A stretch of 64,000 bases of DNA, taken from Limisphaerales bacterium. GTDB taxonomy: Bacteria; Verrucomicrobiota; Verrucomicrobiia; Limisphaerales; UBA1096. The notes beneath the pieces were generated by a model. It saw nothing but the letters and a program-made list of their open reading frames with translations. It was not told the origin of the DNA and searched no databases. Where the stretch lies: assembly GCA_004213515.1 (NCBI GenBank), contig SHAK01000001.1, positions 2,972-66,971 of the forward strand, given 5' to 3'. Positions 36,565-47,595 of the stretch are shown piece by piece. How positions within the stretch are numbered: position 1 is the first letter of the stretch; the number at the start of each line of letters is the position of its first letter. Made by a program: the position numbers and the translations under genes.

Positions 36565-36901
36565 TCCCAAAAAAGCGGAGGCAGAAACTAACTAAAATAA
36601 GATACTTTGCAAATTTTTTTTTAAAATCAATCGCACCTCACCTTCTAATTAATTTTATAAACTAGATAATTTAGATGTCGCAAATTGGGTGGATATGCGG
36701 CTTTAGATAAGATTTTGTTTAATCATTTAGTCTAAGGGTTGTAGAAATTATGAGGAAGTGCTCACTTTGAAGTCCTATTTAAGCTTTTTAAAAGATTTTG
36801 TTCAAAAAAATCGAATTCTTAACCTTTAGTTTGATTAAAAGTATTCAAAAAAACACTTGGCCTCGAGGTCGTAATAAGGTTTCCTGCGGTTCTGATTTCG
36901 C

Positions 36902-38038
36902 ATGAAAATAATGATGATTACTAGAGGTATCTTTTTAGCAGGGCTAATTCTGGGATTATTAGCAATACCTAGTCTGATCGCTCAGGACAAAAAAGAAGAA
37001 AAAAAAGAGGAAAAGAAAGAAGAGAAACCGAAGCTAATTTCGGTTTTTAAAGACAAGGCACTAGAGGAAGGCGTTCGCAAATTTGTATTCGCTAAACGCT
37101 ACAACAAAGAACCCTTGGTAGAAGCAGATCTGATTCATCTTTCTACTATCAAAGTTACTAATGCGGGAATCAAGGATTTGAGTGGTCTAGAAAAATGCCG
37201 TGCTCTAGCATCTCTAGATCTTGCCGGTAATGACATTACCGACTTTAGCGCAATCAAGGACCTCAAGCGCATACAATATTTAAATCTAGCAAAGAATAAG
37301 ATTGAAAATATTGAACCGATATCCGGATTAACAGCTCTGCAGTATATCGAACTCTCCAATAATCGAGTAAAAAATTTAAGCCCACTCGAAAAGCTTAGTA
37401 ACATGCGCTCACTTTATCTTTCAAATAATCGTATAAGCGATTTTTCACCAGCTCTTAAACTTAGTAAGCTTTGGTCGCTATACCTAGACCATAATCAGAT
37501 CACAAAACTTGATGGTGTCGCCTCACTCAAGAGCCTAACAACTCTTTCTGCAGGCAATAACGAACTCACCGATCTAAGCCCTCTTAATGGTCTAACTCGA
37601 CTACATTTCTTGTTTCTTGAGAACAATAAAATTGCCAATTTAGATGCCCTCGTTTCTATGGCTAGTACTGACTACAAGGGACCGAAAAATTTTGCTCCTT
37701 TCCTTCGCCTCTACATGAAGGGAAACCCAATAGATGGCGCAACAGATAGTAGATTAAAATTTGCACGATTAATGAAATTTGGTGTTCGTGTAGAAACTCC
37801 GCGCCAACCCGAATTAGTTACCTTTAATAGCACTGGGTGGTCCGGTGAGTTAAACGGCGAACAATTATCTGCTTTTCATAAAGATATTCTTCAGCGCTTC
37901 GATCTAGTCAAAGACGCCAAGATTCAGTTGCAACTCAATGTCACACCGGAAGATGGTATCACAAAACAAGAAGTTGATGAGTTAAAGGCGGCACTAAAGA
38001 AACTTGGCTTAAACGACAAAGTCGATCTTAGCCTATAA
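36902..38038 (+). CDS. Secreted leucine-rich repeat (internalin-like LRR) protein
   Basis: Signal peptide, then a KKEEKKEEKKEEK linker. About nine 22-residue LRRs follow (LxxLxLxxNxIxDxSxL, e.g. LASLDLAGNDITDFSAIKDLKRIQYLNLAKNKIENIEPI). Confidence 0.8.
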   Translation: MKIMMITRGIFLAGLILGLLAIPSLIAQDKKEEKKEEKKEEKPKLISVFKDKALEEGVRKFVFAKRYNKEPLVEADLIHLSTIKVTNAGIKDLSGLEKCRALASLDLAGNDITDFSAIKDLKRIQYLNLAKNKIENIEPISGLTALQYIELSNNRVKNLSPLEKLSNMRSLYLSNNRISDFSPALKLSKLWSLYLDHNQITKLDGVASLKSLTTLSAGNNELTDLSPLNGLTRLHFLFLENNKIANLDALVSMASTDYKGPKNFAPFLRLYMKGNPIDGATDSRLKFARLMKFGVRVETPRQPELVTFNSTGWSGELNGEQLSAFHKDILQRFDLVKDAKIQLQLNVTPEDGITKQEVDELKAALKKLGLNDKVDLSL

Positions 38039-38061
38039 AATCAAAAGCCAATATTTTATTA

Positions 38062-38086
38062 GCCCGAGCATTGCTCGGGCTTTTTT
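38062..38086 (+). terminator. Rho-independent terminator after the LRR gene
   Basis: GCCCGAGC-ATT-GCTCGGGC is a perfect 8-bp stem followed by TTTTTT. Confidence 0.85.
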
Positions 38087-38192
38087 ATTACCAAATCATG
38101 AGCTTAATTAGCCTATTTTCATTCCATTATTTGAAATTAATTGATATGCATTTCCTTAACAGAGAATTAATTTTCTTTAAGTAAATTTTTAA

Positions 38193-38927
38193 ATGGCTGG
38201 TCACAACAAATGGTCTAAGGTTAAAAGGCAAAAGGGGGTCACTGACGCTAAGAAAGCAAAGGTATTTGCTAAACTTGCCCGTGAAATTGGTATAGCAGTA
38301 AAGGCAGCAGGACCAGAGGCCGATCTTAATCCGCGCCTTCGAATGATTCTCCTCAAATGCAGGAGTGCCAATATGCCAGCTGATAATATTGAACGCGCGA
38401 TCAAAAAAGCTGCAGGGGATGATGACGGAGCCAATTACGAAGAGTTAACCTATGAAATTTTCGCTCCGGGAGGAGTAGCAATACTCGTTCACGCAAACAC
38501 AGACAACCGTAATCGTACCGCCTCTGATATTCGTCATGTAGTGACTAAAGCCGGCGGACAGCTTGGCAGCGCTGGAGCAGTGACGCGGCTATTTGAACGA
38601 AAAGGACAAATTATAATAGACCGTGAAGCAGCCGAAGAAGACATGATGATGGAACTTGCCTTGGAATCTGGCGCTGATGATTTCACTGCAGACGAAAATG
38701 GCTATGAAATCCTAACTGACCCAGCACAATTTGAACCTGTTCATAAAGCAGTGGAAGATAAAGGTGTTACTACACTTTCAGCTGAGATTACTTACATTGC
38801 CCAACAAACTACTGCTATAGATGAAGCAGGATCAGAAAGCATTCAACGCTTGGTAGATATTTTGGAAGAAAACGAAGACGTAAGTGATGTGTTTACCAAT
38901 GCTGAATCACCAGAAGCAACAAACTAA
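38193..38927 (+). CDS. yebC: YebC/PmpR-family transcriptional regulator
   Basis: MAGHNKWSKVKRQKGVTDAKKAKVFAKLAREI is the invariant YebC/TACO1 N-terminus. 244 aa. Confidence 0.9.
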   Translation: MAGHNKWSKVKRQKGVTDAKKAKVFAKLAREIGIAVKAAGPEADLNPRLRMILLKCRSANMPADNIERAIKKAAGDDDGANYEELTYEIFAPGGVAILVHANTDNRNRTASDIRHVVTKAGGQLGSAGAVTRLFERKGQIIIDREAAEEDMMMELALESGADDFTADENGYEILTDPAQFEPVHKAVEDKGVTTLSAEITYIAQQTTAIDEAGSESIQRLVDILEENEDVSDVFTNAESPEATN

Positions 38928-38929
38928 TT

Positions 38930-39775
38930 TTATATTCCACTGATACGTTCTTTGTGACTATACACATTAAATTTCCTTTCCCTAAGAAATCCAATCAATG
39001 TTTGCCCACTTTCTTTAGCCATATCTACAGCTAAGCTTGATGGTGCAGATACTGCGCAAATGATTCCCACACGTCCTGCAAGTGACTTTTGTATAATTTC
39101 AAATGAAGCACGACCGCTAACCATCAAAACACAATCCTCAAGAGGCATGCGATTTTTCAAAAATAAATGACCAAGAATTTTATCAACCGCATTATGTCTG
39201 CCAATATCTTCACGGAGAACTAGCAACTCCCCATTTCGGTCAAATATCCCTGCGGCGTGCAGCCCACCTGTTTTATCGAACGTAGACTGCTTAGCTCTGA
39301 GCTTTTGAGCCAAAGTAAGAATTTTATCAACACTGATTACTGTCTCAATTTTATTTAATGGCTCAAAGATATTCTGTAATGACTCAATAGACGCCTTACC
39401 ACAAAGCCCACAGCTTGAACTAGCGTATACATTCCGTTTAAGCCTATCTAAATTTATCTCAACTTCAGGCGACAGGAACACATTTAGAATATTTTTATGC
39501 AAAGAAGCTTCACCTTGCTGACAGTAAGCGATCTCTAAAACATCACTTGAATTGGTAATAACCCCCTCCGCCAACAAGAATCCTATTGCCAATTCTTTGT
39601 CATGCCCAGGCGTGCGCATAGTTACAACTATAGATTCACCTTTAACTCTAATTTCAAGAGGCTCCTCACGCGCTACCCAATCTTCAGTTTCATTGTCTAG
39701 CCCTCCATTAGCCCAACGCATAACTCGCGTGTTAGCAACACGAATATCTTCAGTTTGATTTCCTGATGGACACAT
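38930..39775 (-). CDS. fdhD: Formate dehydrogenase accessory sulfurtransferase FdhD
   Basis: SSCGLCGK cysteine loop, GGLHAAG and DIGRHNAVDKILG motifs. Confidence 0.85.
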   Translation of the reverse strand: MCPSGNQTEDIRVANTRVMRWANGGLDNETEDWVAREEPLEIRVKGESIVVTMRTPGHDKELAIGFLLAEGVITNSSDVLEIAYCQQGEASLHKNILNVFLSPEVEINLDRLKRNVYASSSCGLCGKASIESLQNIFEPLNKIETVISVDKILTLAQKLRAKQSTFDKTGGLHAAGIFDRNGELLVLREDIGRHNAVDKILGHLFLKNRMPLEDCVLMVSGRASFEIIQKSLAGRVGIICAVSAPSSLAVDMAKESGQTLIGFLRERKFNVYSHKERISGI

Positions 39776-39860
39776 AGCACCTGCCTGCTACCAGAAGCAG
39801 CGCTTAGTTGAAAGAAGGATTTGACATCATGCACCTTCATCGCGACCTTACGTAGCAGAT

Positions 39861-40199
39861 ATGCAGAAATGGAAAACAATCCTAATAAGTGCTTCAGCCG
39901 GTATTATCTTAGTCGGATGTGCAGAAAGTAAAAACGTTGAAGCGACCAGCAAACCTCTTGATCCAGATGTAATTGCATACCCATTGAACACGTGTCTTGT
40001 AGCTGACAAAAAACTTGGAAGTATGGGAAAACCTCACGTATTTATTCACGAAAAGAGGCAAATCAAATTCTGTTGTATTGGCTGTGATGACGAGTTTAAT
40101 TCCAATACAGAAAAGTACATCAAAAAATTCGATCAGGCTGTCTCAAAAAACAAAGCCACTACAAATCAGCAAACTGATTCCAGTAATTCACTTAAATAG
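39861..40199 (+). CDS. Small lipoprotein with a Cys-cluster (YHS/TRASH-like?) C-terminal region
   Basis: Lipobox ILVGC. KFCCIGCDDEF is a cysteine cluster. I recognise no firm family. Confidence 0.4.
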   Translation: MQKWKTILISASAGIILVGCAESKNVEATSKPLDPDVIAYPLNTCLVADKKLGSMGKPHVFIHEKRQIKFCCIGCDDEFNSNTEKYIKKFDQAVSKNKATTNQQTDSSNSLK

Positions 40200-40282
40200 A
40201 AATATAGTCTATTAAAATTTCTTGGAAGCTTTATCCCTTAGTCAGTTAACTTTGATTTTGTTAACACAAAAAGATATTTTTT

Positions 40283-41296
40283 ATGAATAACTCAAGTCGA
40301 CGAAATTTCTTACTCCACACTTCCATAGCTGCTGCTACTACATCGCTAGGCATAGGATGTTCGACAACTTACCGTACAAACCAAATAACTAATCATAGGC
40401 CAGTCATCATTTCGACATGGTCTTTTGGTAAACCAGCTAATGAACTTGCTTTGCAAACTTTGCAAGACGGTGGATCGGCATTAGATGCTGTAGAACAAGG
40501 GATTCGCTTGGTTGAATCATCTGGAAATAGTTCTGTTGGCCTAAGCGGTAATCCGAATGCAGCAGGGGTACCACAGCTTGATGCCTGTATTATGAATGGA
40601 CCTGGACATAGAGCTGGTAGCGTCGCTGGAATTGAAGGAGTTGTACATCCCATTACAGCTGCTCGCCTAGTAATGGAAAAAACCCCGCATGTCATGCTTG
40701 TAGGCCGAGGAGCTCGCTGGTTTTCTGAACAACAGGGGCTTAAGACAAATGATAATGCCGAAGATAAAAAACGCTACGAAGCATGGCTGAAAAAGCAAAA
40801 GCAAAACTCACTAAATAAAGAAATAAACTCAGACAACCATGATACCGTCACCTTAATCGTAATCGACAAAAACGGAGATATCGCCGGTGGCTGTTCAACT
40901 AGCGGTTTGAGTGGAAAAATACCTGGCCGTGTCGGCGACTCACCCATTATTGGCAGTGGACTTTATGTTGATAACGAAGTAGGTGCTGCTGGTGCAACCG
41001 GTTTAGGGGAAAATGTCATGCGTTACTGTGCCTCTTATCAGGTAGTAGAGAATATGCGACAAGGCATGTCGCCAACTAAAGCATGCGCAGAAGCAATAAA
41101 GCGAATAGCTCGAATCGACCCATTAGGGATGAACCTAGGAATCAATTTTATCGCTATTAATAAAAGAGGAGAATTTGGAGCAGCTGGGACTCAAGCTAAC
41201 TTTCCCTACTCAATCACAACAAAAGATTTTAGCGAGGTGCGTAAAGGACAAGCGCTGAGCGCGGCATACCAAAAAGAAGGTGGCAATGAAAAGTAA
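40283..41296 (+). CDS. Tat-exported Ntn-hydrolase of the asparaginase-2 family (glycosylasparaginase/isoaspartyl peptidase)
   Basis: Leader SRRNFLLHTSIAAATTSLGIGC. The autoprocessing site is NHDTVTLIVIDKNGDIAGGCSTSG (HD|T nucleophile). GAAGATGLGE is also present. Confidence 0.8.
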   Translation: MNNSSRRNFLLHTSIAAATTSLGIGCSTTYRTNQITNHRPVIISTWSFGKPANELALQTLQDGGSALDAVEQGIRLVESSGNSSVGLSGNPNAAGVPQLDACIMNGPGHRAGSVAGIEGVVHPITAARLVMEKTPHVMLVGRGARWFSEQQGLKTNDNAEDKKRYEAWLKKQKQNSLNKEINSDNHDTVTLIVIDKNGDIAGGCSTSGLSGKIPGRVGDSPIIGSGLYVDNEVGAAGATGLGENVMRYCASYQVVENMRQGMSPTKACAEAIKRIARIDPLGMNLGINFIAINKRGEFGAAGTQANFPYSITTKDFSEVRKGQALSAAYQKEGGNEK

Positions 41297-41321
41297 GTTT
41301 AAATTATTTAATAATTAATAA

Positions 41322-42179
41322 CTATCGTATTAAACTCTTTAAATCTTTTTTGTGGGCATGAATACGCTCAATTTCTTTTGCTGATAAAGCACGATTAAAA
41401 CATGCTAGTTCGTCGAACAACCCCATGTAATAAAGACCTATAAGTATACGGTGCGGTTTACCGGCCCAAGAGTATTGCTGATTCCATCCTTCAATCGAGC
41501 CTTCTTTTTTTCCATTAAGATAAAGTGAGGAGATACCGTTTTTGTTACCCGTATTGAATCGCTTCCATGTGAAGGCAACGTGAGTCCATTTATCTTTACT
41601 AAATGGATTAGACTTGGCAGGAACTAAAGGCCGCTCAGGTTCAGGGATATTTTTATTTTCGGGATTCCATATTTTCTTGTCGGCAAATGCTCCCAAACGG
41701 AACGATCTAGGATTACCCTCCTTATTAAAGTCTACAAAAAAAGAAGCATCATTCCACGTGTTAGGAGTAATTTGAATCGGATCTACATATCCAGTATCGA
41801 GCCCATTAATAGGGTCAACTTTTAGCCAAAAGCTCACAGAGCCACTCCAATTATTTTTTTTAAACGAAAAGTTTTTTTCTCCATCATAAAATAGCCATTT
41901 AGCTTCTCGCTTTGTAAAAAGAAGCGCGTCTCCTGTAACCCCTTTACCTTTGGCTAATTGCGTCAGACCCCCAGTTTGATTTCCTTCCTTTGGCTGCTTC
42001 TCAACAAGCGTAAAGAGGCGATTATCCCCTTTGGCTATGTCGGCATTTATACCTTTATCAAAAGACGCATAAAAAGTAAGCGATGACTTAATCGAAGTCT
42101 CACCAATTGTTTTGATCGAAATACCAAAAGCGAATCCAAATAAAAGAATCAAACGTGAAAATGAAGAAAAGCATTTCAT
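41322..42179 (-). CDS. Secreted LamG/concanavalin-A-like lectin domain protein
   Basis: C-terminal ILIGLYYMGLFDELACFNRALSAKEI is the typical LamG_3 ending. I prefer ATG 42179 (MKCFSSFSRLILLFGFAFG), because the track start would overlap the eno terminator region. Confidence 0.6.
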   Translation of the reverse strand: MKCFSSFSRLILLFGFAFGISIKTIGETSIKSSLTFYASFDKGINADIAKGDNRLFTLVEKQPKEGNQTGGLTQLAKGKGVTGDALLFTKREAKWLFYDGEKNFSFKKNNWSGSVSFWLKVDPINGLDTGYVDPIQITPNTWNDASFFVDFNKEGNPRSFRLGAFADKKIWNPENKNIPEPERPLVPAKSNPFSKDKWTHVAFTWKRFNTGNKNGISSLYLNGKKEGSIEGWNQQYSWAGKPHRILIGLYYMGLFDELACFNRALSAKEIERIHAHKKDLKSLIR

Positions 42180-42224
42180 GAACAAATTTTGACTTAGCGT
42201 TTGATTAACAGCAAGCAAAGGCAC

Positions 42225-42249
42225 AAAAAAACCGCGCTTAAAGCGCGGC
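42225..42249 (-). terminator. Rho-independent terminator of eno
   Basis: On the - strand, CCGCGC-UUUAA-GCGCGG is followed by UUUUUUU. Confidence 0.8.
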
Positions 42250-42276
42250 TATAAAGATATAAAAGAATAAATCAAC

Positions 42277-44396
<2,120 letters not shown>

Positions 44397-44517
44397 AACC
44401 CAAAATTCTCGAAGTTCATCCCACATGGCAAGACCGTTTCACTTAACTATTTATAATAAACAAACATTATCCAATTAATACTTAATACAAAAGATATGAT
44501 CGGGCTCACATAAATTA

Positions 44518-44949
44518 TTATTTCAACTCTTCAGCTGGTTTTGTGGATGGAGGTGTTTTTGGTTCTTCTTTCTTTTTAGCTGAATCATCAGAAACTTGTT
44601 TTACTCCCTCAACCCAAGCGGCTTCTTCTTCTTTTTCACCCGCTTCATCGTACTTAATCCAAATCCCATCCCTGTTTCCATCCTTGTAACTACCTTCCCA
44701 GTGAATTTGACCGTTTGAATGCCACTGCTTCCAAGCACCAGTAGGCTTGCCATCTATAATTTGACCTTGTTGCGCTTTATTTCCATTAGGGTGATAGACC
44801 AGCCCGTCACCGGTATAAACAACAGATTCACCTTCCTTATAATAAAGACCATCACTACCGCGTTTTACTCCAACTTCATCTCTCCTAATTTGCAAAAACA
44901 ATACAGCTAAAATGGCCAAGATTACTACAATCCACTTCATATGTGCCAA
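44518..44949 (-). CDS. Membrane-anchored MORN-variant (YwqK-like) repeat protein
   Basis: N-terminal TM helix, then repeats YHPNGNKAQQGQIIDGKPTGAWKQWHSNGQIHWEGSYKDGNRDGIWIKYDEAG. Confidence 0.6.
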   Translation of the reverse strand: MAHMKWIVVILAILAVLFLQIRRDEVGVKRGSDGLYYKEGESVVYTGDGLVYHPNGNKAQQGQIIDGKPTGAWKQWHSNGQIHWEGSYKDGNRDGIWIKYDEAGEKEEEAAWVEGVKQVSDDSAKKKEEPKTPPSTKPAEELK

Positions 44950-45061
44950 CTTTACTTCCGATCCTTAGATCCTGCAAAGTAAATCCATGATCTTAGTGAA
45001 GTGTTTAAATTGAGTAGAATTTCCTTCTCCATGCTGCTCTCCTAATGGACACTTACAGCCC

Positions 45062-45874
45062 ATGTCGGAAAACTTGTTTGACTTAAGTGGAGAGGTTTCT
45101 GTGGTAATCGGCGCAACAGGCGCACTAGGTGGAGCATGCGCGCTGGCAATGGCCAAAGCCGGAGCAGCAATTGCAGTAGTAGGTCGTAATGCCGAACGCG
45201 GAGAAGCACGTGTAACCGAGATAACTAATGTTGGCGGTAAAGCAAAATTCTTTAATTGCGATGCGATGGACTCTAACAGCCTAAAGTCTTGTCATGAAGA
45301 AATCGGAAAATCACTAGGCCCACCTACTGTACTGCTTAATGCCGCTGGAGGCAACGATCCTGATGCAACAGTTACGCCAGAAATGCCATTCGAAAATATT
45401 CCACAGCCTGCTTGGGCTAAAGTTTTTGACTTAAACCTTGTCGGCGGATTCTTGCTTCCATGCCAAGAATTTGGACCAGCAATGTGTGATCGTGGCAAAG
45501 GCAGCATAATCAATATTGCCAGTGTAACATCGCACCTGCCGCTTTCAAAAGTAATTGCCTACTCCGCATCAAAAGCAGCCGTACTTAGCGCAACTCGATT
45601 TTTGGCTCGAGAATGGGCAAATAAGAATGTGCGCGTTAACAGTATCACTCCTGGTTTCTTTCCAGCTGAACAAAATAAAAAACTGTTATTTAATGAAGAC
45701 GGATCACCAAGTGATCGAGCAAAAGCAATATTTGGACATACACCTATGAATCGATTTGGAGATCCAAAAGAACTTGCTGGAGCAGCGGTTTATCTTGCAA
45801 GTGAAAAAGCAGCAAGTTTTGTCACCGGATCTGACATAGTTGTTGATGGGGGATTCTTAAGCCAAACAATCTAA
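45062..45874 (+). CDS. Short-chain dehydrogenase/reductase (SDR) family oxidoreductase
   Basis: Cofactor loop VIGATGALGGACA, NAAG and catalytic YSASKAA. Confidence 0.85.
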   Translation: MSENLFDLSGEVSVVIGATGALGGACALAMAKAGAAIAVVGRNAERGEARVTEITNVGGKAKFFNCDAMDSNSLKSCHEEIGKSLGPPTVLLNAAGGNDPDATVTPEMPFENIPQPAWAKVFDLNLVGGFLLPCQEFGPAMCDRGKGSIINIASVTSHLPLSKVIAYSASKAAVLSATRFLAREWANKNVRVNSITPGFFPAEQNKKLLFNEDGSPSDRAKAIFGHTPMNRFGDPKELAGAAVYLASEKAASFVTGSDIVVDGGFLSQTI

Positions 45875-45879
45875 AAAAC

Positions 45880-47151
45880 GTGGGACTTATTTCCAAAAAA
45901 GTTTCCGAAGGGAAACTGCTCAGCTCAAGCCAGGCAATTGAAGTCGTTACAAAAGCGATGCCTGAAGTAGATTTCTGTAATAGCAAAGTACTACTGATCG
46001 TACCTGATGCCACCCGCACTGCTCCGGTTGGAGAATTGTTTAAGGCCATACATAACCAAATAGGCAGTGTTACGTCTGCACTTGACGTCATGATCGCTCT
46101 CGGCACACATCAGGCTATGAGTGAGACAGCAATTGAGGAACGATTGGAAATATCTCACAATGAACGAATAACCCAATATTCCAAGGTACAATTTTTAAAC
46201 CATGCTTGGGATGATCCTAGCGAGCTAAAAAATATTGGCACTATTTCTGCCAAGGAAATTAGCGATCTTAGTGGTGGACTATTTGAGATGGACGTACCGG
46301 TTGAAATTAATGCTAATTTATTCAATTACGATCATATCGTGATCATAGGGCCAGTATTCCCACATGAAGTTGTTGGTTTTTCTGGTGGAAACAAATATCT
46401 CTTTCCTGGAGTTGCAGGCCCTCAAGTGCTTAATTTTTTCCACTGGCTAGGAGCAGTAATTACTACCCCAAAAATTATCGGACACAAATGGACGCCTGTC
46501 CGTAAAGTCATCGATCGAGCAGGCGCAATGTTGAAAATCCCGAAAATAGCTTTTTGTATGGTTGTTGAAAATGATGGAATGTGCGGACTCTTTGCCGGTC
46601 CTGTAGAGGAAGCATGGGCTGCCGCCAGCGATCTATCTGCAGAGCGCCATATTATAATTAAAGATAAGCCATATCATACTATCGTCGCTTGCGCACCAGA
46701 GATGTACGACGAAATTTGGACCGCAGGCAAATGCATGTATAAACTGGAACCAGTACTAGCCGACGGAGGTGAACTAATTATTTATGCACCTCATATAAGC
46801 GAGGTTTGCATTACTCACGGTAAAACGATTGATAAAGCAGGATACCACTGCCGCGACTACTTTCTTAAGCAATGGAATCAATTTAAGGACATGCCTTGGG
46901 GAGCCCTCGCTCACTGCGTTCATGTAAAAGGCTTAGGTAAATTCGAGAACGGTGTTGAGACACCGCGTGCCACAGTGACACTTGCCACGCAAATCTCAGA
47001 GAGCAAATGTGAGCAGATAAATCTCGGCTACCGCGATCCAAAAACAATAAACCCACAGGATTATGCAAATCGTGAACACGAAGGTATCTTATTAGTTCCA
47101 CACGCTGGGGAACGCCTCTTTCGACTAGCTAACCCACCTGCTTGGGCTTAA
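45880..47151 (+). CDS. LarA-like nickel-pincer (NPN)-dependent 2-hydroxyacid racemase/epimerase family protein (DUF2088)
   Basis: LLIVPDATRTAP, ALGTHQAMS and FPHEVVGFSGGNKYLFPGVAG. The last is the GFSGG-x-K segment carrying the NPN-tethering Lys in LarA. The gene starts 5 nt after the SDR gene. Confidence 0.7.
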   Translation: MGLISKKVSEGKLLSSSQAIEVVTKAMPEVDFCNSKVLLIVPDATRTAPVGELFKAIHNQIGSVTSALDVMIALGTHQAMSETAIEERLEISHNERITQYSKVQFLNHAWDDPSELKNIGTISAKEISDLSGGLFEMDVPVEINANLFNYDHIVIIGPVFPHEVVGFSGGNKYLFPGVAGPQVLNFFHWLGAVITTPKIIGHKWTPVRKVIDRAGAMLKIPKIAFCMVVENDGMCGLFAGPVEEAWAAASDLSAERHIIIKDKPYHTIVACAPEMYDEIWTAGKCMYKLEPVLADGGELIIYAPHISEVCITHGKTIDKAGYHCRDYFLKQWNQFKDMPWGALAHCVHVKGLGKFENGVETPRATVTLATQISESKCEQINLGYRDPKTINPQDYANREHEGILLVPHAGERLFRLANPPAWA

Positions 47152-47164
47152 TAGGAAACAATTC

Positions 47165-47587
47165 TTACTTCGATTCAAGTAAATCAACATCACCAGTATT
47201 CCAAGAATATTGCGCCCCAATAATCTCTAAACCTTCATTATCTATTTGATCAGCGAGGATTTTAGAACAAAGGCGAAGTTGATCAACAGACTGAAGAATA
47301 TTCCCCCTGACAGCGCGATTTAGTAGTTATTCTTTCTCAAAACCTGAATTCATCAATGGTTTCACTGCAGGCTTAAGACGGTTAACAATTGAACTCAAAT
47401 TCTAAGATGGTATCTCTGTCGGAAACCACGAATCAGAACATGCTTATAAAAAAGCGTAAGGTTCTTAACCTGATTGAAGTTCAATCCGACGGTCAGTATT
47501 AGCTAAGAATCCCAAAAGAGAGTTTCCAGACTCAAAACGTTTGTTGACCTCTTTTAGTTTATCGAGTGCTTCTTTTGCAGTAATCAT
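47165..47587 (-). pseudogene. Decayed beta-class carbonic anhydrase gene
   Basis: The single - strand frame of 141 codons reads MITAKEALDKLKEVNKRFESGN...RRIELQSG*EPYAFL*ACSDSWFPTEIPS*...EGLEIIGAQYSWNTGDVDLLESK*. Beta-CA landmarks are present (EGN-RF, GQxP, CSDSRVPxE, IxGAxYxxxTGxV). It has 4 in-frame stops and no HxxC zinc motif. The track shows no ORF of 60 aa or more here. Confidence 0.75.
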
Positions 47588-47595
47588 TCTAGCTC

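Noticed and set aside
47165-47587. Four in-frame stops with a preserved frame could indicate stop-codon read-through or recoding rather than a pseudogene.
   Set aside because: TAA and TAG are used as ordinary terminators by neighbouring genes. Both TAA and TAG occur among the internal stops. The zinc-ligand HxxC segment is deleted and CSDSRV is mutated to CSDSWF. Gene decay is the simpler explanation.
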